The notes beneath the pieces were generated by a model, which worked only from the letters and a program-made list of their open reading frames with translations, ran no database searches and was not told the origin of the DNA. From an uncultured Acidobacteriota bacterium (GTDB lineage: Bacteria; Acidobacteriota; Thermoanaerobaculia; Gp7-AA8), in NCBI GenBank assembly GCA_963821585.1, contig CAWGEI010000005.1:1014682-1078681 (forward strand): a stretch of DNA of 64,000 nt. Direction: 5' to 3'. The position numbers and the translations under genes are program-made. Positions 45,424-54,561 of the stretch are shown here, in pieces. Each line of letters begins with the position of its first letter. The stretch's first letter is position 1.

Positions 45424-47805
45424 TCATGACCGCCGTACTCCATACGCAACGAGCGCGACGAGTGTCGCAATCGCCAGGATCGCGCCGAAGCGGAACGTCC
45501 ACGGGTCGTACCACACCCGCACGTCGAGCTGCCCCGGCGGCACGGCGAACCCGAGGAAGGCGCCATTCACGCGGATGGGCTGGACGCGGGCGCCGTTGCG
45601 CTCCACCTTCCAGCCCGGCCACCACGGGATGCTGCTCACCACGAGCGACCAGCGCGGCGCGCGCACGCTCAGGTGATAGTCCGTCGGCGTGGCTTCGCGG
45701 ATCTCCGCGGTCGCCACTGGTGCGTCCACCGGACGCGGCTTGAAGAAGTCTTCGCGCTGCTGCGGGCTCTCCACCGCGAGCGACTCCAGCAGCGCGGTCT
45801 GTCCCCAGTCGCGATGCTCCTTCAGCCGGTTCGCGAACGACGCGTCACGAAAGTCGATGACCACGTTCGTCACCGCGAAAAAGCGCGGCCGCACGTCCGT
45901 GTTCTCGAAGATCCGCCCGTCCGAGCCGTCGTAGCGCAGCTGGAAACGCGGCGGCAGCTCGCCACCGGCCGAAGTGAGGACGTAGCGGACATTGAGATAG
46001 TCGAGCAGCGGATGCTCCCAGTCCGGCCAGCGCGCGAAGTATTCGGTCGGATCGTATTCGACGACGTGCGAGAGCAGGCCGACGTAGCGGCCGTTGGACA
46101 TCGGATCGTGCGCGCGCACGTCCTCGTAACCGTACACGGCGGAGACGTTCGGGAACAACGTCGCGGCGTTGCCCACGACACGGAAAGGTGCGTTCTTCGG
46201 GACGTCTTTCGTGAGGTCGTCCAGCGCGCGCAACATCGGGGTCTTCGGGTACATCCAGGCCGAGGAGACGACCGGGTTCCAGTCGCGCGTGGGGATCCAG
46301 AGCTCGGCGAGAACGGCGACGAGGAGGAGCATCCGCGGGATCGGCAACGCCGCGACCGCTAGCACGATGACGCTGGGAATCATCGCCAGGATCGCGGTCT
46401 CGCGCTGGTGCGGCGTCCAGAAATTGCTCGTGAAGTACGCGACGAGCAGCAGCGCTCCGGCTCCGCCGATTCCGATGAGGACACTCATCCGGTCGCGCGT
46501 GAGCAGGTCGACCGCGCATGCCGTCAGCACCGCGAGCAGCAGGACCAGCAGCAGGCGCACGCGCGCGTTCGCGGCGAGGTGGAAGACGACCTGGAACAGA
46601 TCGCCGACGCCCGGCCAGTCGAAGATCACCGCCACCGCCACGATCGCGGCCAGGACGAAGAACGCCTCGTGCGACCGCCAGCGCCGCGTGCGGATCACGT
46701 GGACCAGCGTCGCCAGCCACGCCGCGATGCCGAGGATGCCGGCGAAGCCGGAGATCGACTCGGCGTGTGCCGGCCCCCATCCCTCGCGCGGCATCGCCCC
46801 GTGGAATTGCGGCGAGAAGATGAGGATCGCCGATGGCCAGTCGGAGTAGGGGACGGCGACGGTTTCCGTCCGCGTCTCCAGCTCCTGGTACCGCTTCGAC
46901 TTCTTCACCGCCTCGGCGAACGGCGCGAGGAACGGCGCGGCAAGGAGGACCGTGACGACGGCGGCGCCGAGGATGGCGAGGAGAAACGTAGGGCGTGGCT
47001 TCAGCCCGCCCGCCCCCGGGGGAGGCGGGCTGAAGCCACGCCCTACGTTTGCTCCAACCCAGAGCACGTACAGCGCCGCGAGAAACGCCGTGTGCGAGAC
47101 GGTCTCCGGATGTCCGCCGAAGAGCATCGCCGCGCCGATGACGGACAGCGCGACGAAGCGCGCGTACGTCACGCGCTCGGCGAGGAGGTCGAGGACGTAG
47201 AACACGGCCGGCACGAGGCACGCCGTCGTGATCAGCGGGAAGTGCAGCCAGACGATGATGAACGTCGAGAAGCCGAAGGCGGCGGCTCCCGTCGCGGACG
47301 CGAGCTCGGAGTACCCGCGGCGGCGGCACCAGAGAAAGGTGAACGTCAGCGCGATCAGCACTTTCATCGCCGCCTCGAAGGACAGTGCGTGCGCGAGCGA
47401 GAGCGGGAGCCCGAGGATGCGCAGGGGCGAGAGCGCGGAGCTCTGCGCGCTGGCGAGCAGCGGGTAGCCCGCGCCGGAGAACTGGTTCCACAGCGGGGCG
47501 TGCAGCGACTTCCACCCCTCGCGCACCTGGTGCGCCCACGGGACGATCTGCAGGGCGAGGTCGTTGAGCTGGACGTTCCCGGCGTGGAAGTTCTCCGGGA
47601 CGGTGTACTCCCACGGCGGGAGCGTGCCGAGGAAGTCCACGGACGTGTTCACCGCGTCCCGGGTGAGGACCGGATAGAAGAAGACGAAGACGAGGGCGTA
47701 GAAGAAGAAGGCCACGCGCCGCGGCAGATCGATTCCGCCGCGCCGCGCCAGCCAGACCGCGCCGGCGTACACCGCTCCCGTGTAAAGCCAGGTCGGGTTG
47801 AACAC
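45424..47805 (-). CDS. YfhO-family membrane protein, paralogue 2 (contains in-frame REP)
   Basis: Same motifs as paralogue 1; GTG start at 47805 after TATCAT. Confidence 0.88.
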   Translation of the reverse strand: MFNPTWLYTGAVYAGAVWLARRGGIDLPRRVAFFFYALVFVFFYPVLTRDAVNTSVDFLGTLPPWEYTVPENFHAGNVQLNDLALQIVPWAHQVREGWKSLHAPLWNQFSGAGYPLLASAQSSALSPLRILGLPLSLAHALSFEAAMKVLIALTFTFLWCRRRGYSELASATGAAAFGFSTFIIVWLHFPLITTACLVPAVFYVLDLLAERVTYARFVALSVIGAAMLFGGHPETVSHTAFLAALYVLWVGANVGRGFSPPPPGAGGLKPRPTFLLAILGAAVVTVLLAAPFLAPFAEAVKKSKRYQELETRTETVAVPYSDWPSAILIFSPQFHGAMPREGWGPAHAESISGFAGILGIAAWLATLVHVIRTRRWRSHEAFFVLAAIVAVAVIFDWPGVGDLFQVVFHLAANARVRLLLVLLLAVLTACAVDLLTRDRMSVLIGIGGAGALLLVAYFTSNFWTPHQRETAILAMIPSVIVLAVAALPIPRMLLLVAVLAELWIPTRDWNPVVSSAWMYPKTPMLRALDDLTKDVPKNAPFRVVGNAATLFPNVSAVYGYEDVRAHDPMSNGRYVGLLSHVVEYDPTEYFARWPDWEHPLLDYLNVRYVLTSAGGELPPRFQLRYDGSDGRIFENTDVRPRFFAVTNVVIDFRDASFANRLKEHRDWGQTALLESLAVESPQQREDFFKPRPVDAPVATAEIREATPTDYHLSVRAPRWSLVVSSIPWWPGWKVERNGARVQPIRVNGAFLGFAVPPGQLDVRVWYDPWTFRFGAILAIATLVALVAYGVRRS
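46984..47050. repeat. Family-1 REP doublet inside a CDS
   Basis: 27-bp arms identical to those at 14402-14492; translated as NVGRGFSPPPPGAGGLKPRPTF. Confidence 0.92.
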
Positions 47806-47835
47806 GGCGGCGGATGATACCTTGGCGACGCTCGA

Positions 47836-49950
47836 ATGAACCTTTCCTGGCTCCTCGTAGCCATCGTCTACGTCCTCGGCGTCATCATCGCGCGCCGCTG
47901 CGGCGCGGACCTGTCGAAGCGCATCGCCGCGCTGTTCTTCGTCCTCGTCTTCGGCTTCCTGTGGCGGCCGCTGACCCAGGAGGTGGTGATCGTGCCGGCG
48001 GACGTACTGAAACTCGTGGAGCCGTGGTCCACGATCCGCGCGCCGAACCGGCCGCCGGTCACCAAGTACGAGGTGTCGAACCTGAACCTGCACGACGTGC
48101 CGATGCAGATCGTCCCGTGGATGCACCAGGTGCGCGAGTCGTGGCGGCGCGGGGAGGTGCCGCTCTGGAACGCGTCGGCGGGGTGCGGCTATCCGCTGAT
48201 GGCCAACGGCCAGAGCACGCCGTTCTCGCCGTTCATTCTGCTCACGCTTCCGCTCCCCCTAGGCTACGCGATCACCGCGCAGTGCGCGCTGAAGCTGCTG
48301 CTCGCGCTGGTGCTGACGTATCTGTTCTGCCGCCGGCGCTGGTCGCCGCTGGCGTCGGTGATCGCGGCGATCGCGTACGGCTTCTCGACGTGGATGCTGA
48401 CGTGGCTGCAGTTCCCGATCGCGACGGCGGCGGCGCTGCTGCCGGGGGTGATTCTGGCGATCGAGTTACTAGGAGCGCCGGCCAGCGGCCGGCGCTCCTT
48501 TGCTTTCGCCGTTTTCCTCTTCGCAATCACCGTCCTCTCCGGCCACCCGGAGACCATCTTCAACCTCGGCCTCATCGCCGCGCTGCACGGCCTCTGGATC
48601 GCCAACGTGCGCGGGCTGCTGCGCGTCATCGCCGCGTGCGCGCTGGCAGCGGTCATCACGGCCCCCTACCTCGTCCCGTTCTACGAGGCGGTCACGCGCT
48701 CGCAGCGCTTCGCCGAGATGCACGCGCCGCGCGACATCACGCCTCCCTTCTCCGACCGCGCCTCGGCAGCCCTGCTGATCCAGCCCCGCTTCTTCGGCGA
48801 GCTTCCGATCGAGCGTCCCTGGGGGCCGGCCACGCTGGAGTCGATCTGCGGCTTCGCGGGTGTTCTCGCGCTGGCGTCGCTCGTCGCAGCCGTCTTCATC
48901 ATCCGAAAGTGGCGCAGCATCGAGACGCTTTACGTCCTCGGTGCCATCCTCTGTTTCGGCATCGTCCTCGGCTGGCCGTGGATCAGCGAAGGGTTTCACG
49001 CGATCGCGGGACTGGCGCCGGCGATGCGCATGCGTCTCGGTATCTGCTGGTTCGCGGCGATCCTCATCGCGCCGGTGATCGATCACCCGCGCCGCTTTCC
49101 GCTGCTCGTCGGAGCGCTCGCCGTGGCTGCGACGCTGCTCTGGCTGATGCGCACGACGCCGTTCCCGACGGAATCGCATCGCGCGTCCGCGCTGCTCTCC
49201 CTCCTCCCGAGCCTCGCCGTGCTCGCCGCGATCGCGCTGGCCGCGTTCCGCCGCGAGCTGCTCGTTGTGGCCGGCGCGCTCACGTTCGCCGAGCTCGCGC
49301 TGGCCATGGCGACGTGGAATCCGGTCCGGCCCGCGCGTGAGCTGAATCCGCGCACGCCGCTCATTGCGCAGCTCGAACAGCGCCGCGGTCTCCACCGCAT
49401 CGCCGGCCTCGGCGGGCAGCTCTACCCCAACACCGGCGCGCTGTTCGGCCTGGAGGACGTGCGCGTTCACGATCCGATGGCGTTCGCGCCCTATGTCGAC
49501 CTCCTGGCGCAGAAAGCGGGCTGGAATCCCGCGGACTACTACGCGAAATGGAACGATCCGGATTCGCCGCTGCTGGATCGGCTGAATGTGAAGTACATCA
49601 TCACCGCGGAGGGCCGCATCGTGGAGAACGCCGATGCGCGCGCGCGTTTCTACTCGGACGGTGCCGAAGTGCAGATGACCCGCGCCTCGGACACTGACTA
49701 CCGGCTGCACATCCGCGCCCGACAGCACGCGCTGATCTCGAGCAGCATCGCCAGTTATCCCGGCTGGACCGCAGGCCGGTTCAACGTCTTCGAGTCGGAC
49801 GGCCCCTTCATCGCCTTCATGGTCCCGCCGGGCGAGCACGACGTCACGGTGCAGTACCGGCCGCGGTCGTTCTACTGGCCGCTCATTCCGTCAGCGCTCG
49901 CCACAGCGTTCGTGCTTTTTGGAACGCTTCGGGCTCGTCGCCTTCGATGA
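47836..49950 (+). CDS. YfhO-family membrane protein, paralogue 3
   Basis: PLWNASAGCGYPLMANGQ, SGHPET, DVRVHDPM, YPGW, VPPGEH. Confidence 0.88.
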   Translation: MNLSWLLVAIVYVLGVIIARRCGADLSKRIAALFFVLVFGFLWRPLTQEVVIVPADVLKLVEPWSTIRAPNRPPVTKYEVSNLNLHDVPMQIVPWMHQVRESWRRGEVPLWNASAGCGYPLMANGQSTPFSPFILLTLPLPLGYAITAQCALKLLLALVLTYLFCRRRWSPLASVIAAIAYGFSTWMLTWLQFPIATAAALLPGVILAIELLGAPASGRRSFAFAVFLFAITVLSGHPETIFNLGLIAALHGLWIANVRGLLRVIAACALAAVITAPYLVPFYEAVTRSQRFAEMHAPRDITPPFSDRASAALLIQPRFFGELPIERPWGPATLESICGFAGVLALASLVAAVFIIRKWRSIETLYVLGAILCFGIVLGWPWISEGFHAIAGLAPAMRMRLGICWFAAILIAPVIDHPRRFPLLVGALAVAATLLWLMRTTPFPTESHRASALLSLLPSLAVLAAIALAAFRRELLVVAGALTFAELALAMATWNPVRPARELNPRTPLIAQLEQRRGLHRIAGLGGQLYPNTGALFGLEDVRVHDPMAFAPYVDLLAQKAGWNPADYYAKWNDPDSPLLDRLNVKYIITAEGRIVENADARARFYSDGAEVQMTRASDTDYRLHIRARQHALISSSIASYPGWTAGRFNVFESDGPFIAFMVPPGEHDVTVQYRPRSFYWPLIPSALATAFVLFGTLRARRLR

Positions 49951-50614
49951 TCGCCCGCACGAGCTGCGCGATCTGCTCGGCGTGCGGCCTGAGCTGGTCG
50001 CGATTTGCGGCGAGCACGGAGTGCCACATCTCGCCATCGCTCGCCGCGAGCCGGAACGACCGCAGCCCTCCTCCCGCGAACTTCCGTACGTCAGGCATGT
50101 CACTCAGGTACGCGAAAAGCGCGGTGGACAGCACCTGCGGCAAGTGGCTGGTCAGCGCGACCGCGGTGTCGTGCTCCTCCGCGGTGACGAGCACGGGATT
50201 CGCGCCGCACGCGCGGATCAGCTCTTCCACGCGGTCGTCGTGAGCGTCGACGAACCACGACGCGCCTTCGAACTCGACGTGCTGCGCATTCGCGAGCCCG
50301 CCTTCGTGCCGGCCCGCCATCGGATGCCCGGCGACAAAGTTCGTTTTCGCGGCCGCGCGCAGAGGACGCATCACGCTGCCGACAGAGGTGATGACGCCGC
50401 GGCTCTCGATCGCCGGCAGCAGCTCGATCGCGACGTCGACCGGCGTGGCGAGGACGATCACATCCGCGTCCTCGATGGCGTCGATGCGCTCGACGCCATC
50501 GAGCGACAGGGATGGATCGTTGTCGATGAAGCGGACGTGCCACCCTCGCCGGCGAAGGGCCATGGCGACTGCGCCGCCGATGAGCCCCAGGCCGACGATG
50601 AGCGTGTCGCGCAT
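49883..50614 (-). CDS. tyrA: Prephenate/arogenate dehydrogenase
   Basis: GLGLIGG, GHPMAG, EEHD...TSHLPQ. Confidence 0.88.
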   Translation of the reverse strand: MRDTLIVGLGLIGGAVAMALRRRGWHVRFIDNDPSLSLDGVERIDAIEDADVIVLATPVDVAIELLPAIESRGVITSVGSVMRPLRAAAKTNFVAGHPMAGRHEGGLANAQHVEFEGASWFVDAHDDRVEELIRACGANPVLVTAEEHDTAVALTSHLPQVLSTALFAYLSDMPDVRKFAGGGLRSFRLAASDGEMWHSVLAANRDQLRPHAEQIAQLVRAIIEGDEPEAFQKARTLWRALTE

Positions 50615-51157
50615 TTACCGGCTCATCAGAATGAGCGTCTTGTCCACGACCTGCGAGGTCGTCACGTCGAAGTAGGGCCGCTGCACGGTCACGCGCGGAC
50701 GGTTCGGGCGCGGCATGATGTCCACGGCGCGGTACGAGCCGGTGGCCTTCGCCACGTCGGTGGGAATGTTCATCTGCTGGAGCAGCGGCGCGATGGCCTG
50801 GGTGTCCGCGGCCAGATCGCCCGTGCGGTAGTACGCGGGCGGCTTCGCGGCGCTCAGGTTGTTCGTGATGTCCGGCGCGATCTCCTTGTAGCCGTACTCC
50901 TTCACGTAGTACTCGGCGACTTGCTCGACGGGTGCGTCGGTGTCGTAGATGGCGGTCGGCGGCGGCTCCTGCCCCGGCGACACGATGCGGTGCGCGTTCT
51001 TGGTGGTTTCGGTGAGCTGCCCCAGGTAGCGGGAGCCCGGATAGACGACGAAGCTGAACGCTTCAGGCTCCGCCAGCTCCTCCTTGCCTTTGCATCCCGC
51101 GAAAATCGCGGTGAGGACGAGGAGCGCGGACAACACAATACGTTTAGTCAATGACAA
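50615..51157 (-). CDS. Hypothetical lipoprotein
   Basis: Lipobox FAGC; GGAGGA RBS 7 nt before TTG 51157. Confidence 0.75.
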   Translation of the reverse strand: MSLTKRIVLSALLVLTAIFAGCKGKEELAEPEAFSFVVYPGSRYLGQLTETTKNAHRIVSPGQEPPPTAIYDTDAPVEQVAEYYVKEYGYKEIAPDITNNLSAAKPPAYYRTGDLAADTQAIAPLLQQMNIPTDVAKATGSYRAVDIMPRPNRPRVTVQRPYFDVTTSQVVDKTLILMSR

Positions 51158-51221
51158 CGGTGGATCCTCCGGATTCGAATTCGGCCGCGAATTATACGGA
51201 GCAAGGTCCGTGCGCGTTGGT

Positions 51222-51536
51222 TTATAGGCCCAGATAGTCCTCGACCGACCGGCCCGTGACGTCCTGAAAACGCTGGGCATACGACGGGATCGCGCCCGCC
51301 GGCTCGTCGAGAAAGATCCGCTCCACGCGGAACAGCGGGACGAACATCGTGATCATCTCGATCTCCGATTCCTCCCCCCGGGCGATCTGGTGGATCCAGT
51401 CGTCGAACGAGTCGAGGTTTATCGCGCGCATCGTCACCCCGGCCGCGGACAGCGCGCGCAGCACCCCGAAGAACTTCTCCTTCGGGTTGACGAGGTTGAG
51501 CAGGACCCGCGCGTTGGCGTCGAAGCCTTCGATCAT
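51222..51536 (-). CDS. Hypothetical protein, 104 aa, possibly Sm/LSm-like
   Basis: ATGA-coupled to mce; beta-rich pattern. Confidence 0.7.
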   Translation of the reverse strand: MIEGFDANARVLLNLVNPKEKFFGVLRALSAAGVTMRAINLDSFDDWIHQIARGEESEIEMITMFVPLFRVERIFLDEPAGAIPSYAQRFQDVTGRSVEDYLGL

Positions 51537-51934
51537 TCGATCGCCTCGGACAGCTCAATTAGCACGCCGTTCCCCGCCGACGGATGGAGGAATGCAACGC
51601 GGCAGTTGTGCGCGCCCGGCACCGGCGCCTCGTTGATCAGCCGATACCCCTGCGCTTTCAGCGTCTCCAGATGCGCCTCGATGTTGTCGACGCGGAGGCA
51701 GATGTGATGAATGCCCTCGCCCCGCTTCTCGATGAACTTCGCGATGGTCGAGTCGGGGCCGGTCGGCTCCAGGAGCTCGAGCTGCGAGTCGCCCACGGAA
51801 AGGAAGGCCGTCTTCACCTTCTGCGTCTCCACGGTCTCGACGTGGTCGATGGTGAGCCCGAGGGCTTCGTAGACTTTGGCGGCATCGAGAGATTTGACCG
51901 CGATGCCGATGTGATCCAGTTTCGGTCTGTTCAT
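51533..51934 (-). CDS. mce: Methylmalonyl-CoA epimerase
   Basis: LDHIGIAV, LELLEP, GEGIHHIC, FLHP...GVLIEL. Confidence 0.92.
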   Translation of the reverse strand: MNRPKLDHIGIAVKSLDAAKVYEALGLTIDHVETVETQKVKTAFLSVGDSQLELLEPTGPDSTIAKFIEKRGEGIHHICLRVDNIEAHLETLKAQGYRLINEAPVPGAHNCRVAFLHPSAGNGVLIELSEAIE

Positions 51935-52563
51935 ACGCCTTTCACGTCCGCTCCCCAGATGTGCTTGTGCAGTTGCGTCTGAAAGCGGGCCGGGACGCGG
52001 TCCGCGAGCATCCACTCGGCGAGCGCCTTCATGTCCATTCTCCCCCACACGGGCGACAGGAGGACCGTCCAGCGGTCCAGCCGCCGCTCCTCGATGACGC
52101 GCTTCGCCCACTCGTAATCCGTCCGGTCGGCGATGACGAACTTGATCTCGTCGTGCGGCCGCAGGATGTCGAGATTCTCCCAGCGGTTCTTCTCCACCTC
52201 GCCCGAGCCCGGACATTTGAGGTCGAGGATGATCTTTGCCCGCGGATCGACGGGCGTCGTGTCGATCGACCCCGAGGTCTCGATCAGAACTTCGAAGCCC
52301 TCGTCACAGAGACGGCGGATCAGCTCGAAAGACTCCGCCTGCGCCAGCGGCTCGCCCCCCGTGACCTCCACGAGATTGCAGCCGTAGGCGCGCACGCGGT
52401 CCATCACATCTTCCAGCGCCATCCGCTCCCCGCCTGTGAACGTGTACTCCGAGTCGCACCACGTGCAGCGCAGGTTGCAGCCGGTCAGCCGTACGAAAAC
52501 GCAGGGGCGTCCGGCATGGGAGGACTCGCCCTGGATGGAATGGAAGATCTCAGTGATACGCAT
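51931..52563 (-). CDS. queE: 7-carboxy-7-deazaguanine synthase
   Basis: EIFHSIQGE, CNLRCTWCD, TGGEPL, QLHKHIW. Confidence 0.95.
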   Translation of the reverse strand: MRITEIFHSIQGESSHAGRPCVFVRLTGCNLRCTWCDSEYTFTGGERMALEDVMDRVRAYGCNLVEVTGGEPLAQAESFELIRRLCDEGFEVLIETSGSIDTTPVDPRAKIILDLKCPGSGEVEKNRWENLDILRPHDEIKFVIADRTDYEWAKRVIEERRLDRWTVLLSPVWGRMDMKALAEWMLADRVPARFQTQLHKHIWGADVKGV

Positions 52564-53224
52564 ACGCCGTCGGATCTTCAACGCCGGCTTCCTCGAAGCC
52601 CTTCCTTCGGAGGATGCACGAATCGCAATGAGCGCAGGCTTTCCCGTTCGGAGCGGGGTCGTAGCACGAGTGCGTAATCGCGTAATTCACGCCCAGCTCG
52701 GTCCCGCGCCGGATGATGTCCGCTTTGGTCATGTGCAGCAGCGGAGCGACCAGCCGCGGCTCCTGATGCTCGACGCCGCTGCGCGTTCCCTTCCAGATCA
52801 CCTGCTGAAACGCGTCGATGAAGTCCGGCCGGCAGTCGGGATATCCCGAGTAATCCAGCGCATTCACCCCGATCCAGATCTCCGCCGCGTCCCGCGCCTC
52901 GGCGTATCCAAGAGCCAGCGAGAGGAAGATCGTGTTGCGCGCCGGTACGTATGTGACCGGAATCCCCGGCGCGCCGACCGCATCCTTCGGCACGCCGATG
53001 TCGCTGGTCAGCGCGCTCGCCCCGAACACGCGCAGATCCAGCGCGTGGATATCGTGCTCCGCGACGCCCATCGCCGCCGCCACGCGCTTCGCCGCGTCGA
53101 TCTCGACGCGGTGCCGCTGCCCGTAAACGATGGACAGCGCGAGGCACTCGCGGCCCTGATTTTTGGCGATCGCGAGGACGGTGGCGGAATCGAGTCCGCC
53201 CGACAAAAGAATGACGGCTTTCAC
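52550..53224 (-). CDS. queC: 7-cyano-7-deazaguanine synthase
   Basis: SGGLDS, TYVPARN, YPDCR, SCY...CAHCDSC. Confidence 0.97.
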   Translation of the reverse strand: MKAVILLSGGLDSATVLAIAKNQGRECLALSIVYGQRHRVEIDAAKRVAAAMGVAEHDIHALDLRVFGASALTSDIGVPKDAVGAPGIPVTYVPARNTIFLSLALGYAEARDAAEIWIGVNALDYSGYPDCRPDFIDAFQQVIWKGTRSGVEHQEPRLVAPLLHMTKADIIRRGTELGVNYAITHSCYDPAPNGKACAHCDSCILRRKGFEEAGVEDPTAYAYH

Positions 53225-53232
53225 GGGTCGGC

Positions 53233-53239
53233 TATGCTA
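53233..53239. promoter_or_regulatory. Overlapping divergent -10 boxes for pdp and queC
   Basis: TATGCT (+) 9 nt before pdp ATG and TAGCAT (-) 9 nt before queC GTG, in a 23-bp gap. Confidence 0.6.
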
Positions 53240-53247
53240 TCGCGCCT

Positions 53248-54561
53248 ATGGCCGACTACAGCGTGTACGAGCTTCTCAACAAAAAGCGCCGCGGCGGGCC
53301 GCTGGACCCGCGTGAGATCGAGTTCTTCGTCGAAGGCTTCACGCGCGGGGCGATCCCTGAGTACCAGATGTCCGCGCTGCTGATGGCCATCGCCATCAAC
53401 GGCATGACGGCCGAGGAGATGGCGACGCTGACGCAGGCGATGCTGCGGTCGGGCGAGCAGTGGCACCTCCGTAGCGAGTACGACTTCATCGCCGACAAGC
53501 ACTCCACCGGTGGCGTCGGCGACAAGGTCTCGCTCGTGCTCTCGCCGTGGGTGGCCGCGTGCGGCGTGCAGATCGGCATGCTCTCCGGCCGCGGGCTCGG
53601 GCACACCGGCGGCACGCTCGACAAGCTCGAGGCGATCCCGGGATTCAACGCGCGCCTCTCGCGCGCGGAGTTCGAGCGCTGCGTGGCCGACGCGGGCTGC
53701 GTGATCTCGACGTCGACGGACGGCATCGCGCCGGCGGACAAGAAGATCTACGCGCTGCGCGACGTCACCGGCACGGTCGAGTCGCTGCCGCTGATCACGG
53801 CGTCGATCATGTCGAAGAAGCTGGCCATGGGTGCGTCCGCGCTGATCCTGGACGTGAAGACCGGCAGCGGCGCGTTCATGCGCATCTACCAGGACTCCAA
53901 GGCGCTCGCGCAGAGCCTCATCGCCGCGGCCGCGGGCTCGGGGACGAAGGTCGAGGCGCTGATCACAGACATGGACCGGCCCCTCGGCATCGCCGCGGGC
54001 AACGCCAACGAAATTGTCGAGACGATCGACTGCCTGAAGGGCACCGGCCCGGCGGACGTGATGGAAGTGACGCGCGCTCAGGCGGAGCGCGTGCTGGTGA
54101 TGTCCCGCAAGTTCGACGAAGCTTCCGCGAACCGGGCACTCGCTGAGGCATTGTCGTCCGGCGCCGCCCTCGAGCAGGGGCGCAAGTGGATCGCCGCGCA
54201 GGGCGGCAATCCGGACATCGTCGACGACTACTCGCTCCTCCCCCAGCCGCGCGAGGTGGTCGAGGTGAAGGCGCCCCGCAGCGGCTTCATCACCGCCATG
54301 GACACCTACCAGGCCGGCATGTTCACCGTCGACCTCGGCGCCGGCCGCAAGAAGGCCGACGACGTCATCGACTACGCCGCGGGCGTCCTCTTCGATCGCC
54401 GCACCGGCGACGAAGTGCGCGCCGGCGACACGATCGCGCGCATCCAGCTGGGATTGGCGCCCCGCGACCACGAAGAGCTGCGCGCCCGCTACCTGTCGTT
54501 CGTCACGATCGGAGACGAGCAGCCGGCGGACCGGCCGCTCGTCCATGAACATCTGACCTAA
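53248..54561 (+). CDS. pdp: Pyrimidine-nucleoside/thymidine phosphorylase
   Basis: DKHSTGGVGDK, SGRGLGHTGGTLDKLE, SIMSKK. Confidence 0.93.
   Translation: MADYSVYELLNKKRRGGPLDPREIEFFVEGFTRGAIPEYQMSALLMAIAINGMTAEEMATLTQAMLRSGEQWHLRSEYDFIADKHSTGGVGDKVSLVLSPWVAACGVQIGMLSGRGLGHTGGTLDKLEAIPGFNARLSRAEFERCVADAGCVISTSTDGIAPADKKIYALRDVTGTVESLPLITASIMSKKLAMGASALILDVKTGSGAFMRIYQDSKALAQSLIAAAAGSGTKVEALITDMDRPLGIAAGNANEIVETIDCLKGTGPADVMEVTRAQAERVLVMSRKFDEASANRALAEALSSGAALEQGRKWIAAQGGNPDIVDDYSLLPQPREVVEVKAPRSGFITAMDTYQAGMFTVDLGAGRKKADDVIDYAAGVLFDRRTGDEVRAGDTIARIQLGLAPRDHEELRARYLSFVTIGDEQPADRPLVHEHLT

Noticed and set aside
51931-53224. queC/queE as a 7-deazaguanine DNA-modification (dpd) defence locus
   Set aside because: No dpdA/tgt-like or other dpd genes; housekeeping context fits queuosine synthesis. 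The 23-bp upstream gap leaves no room for a preQ1 riboswitch.
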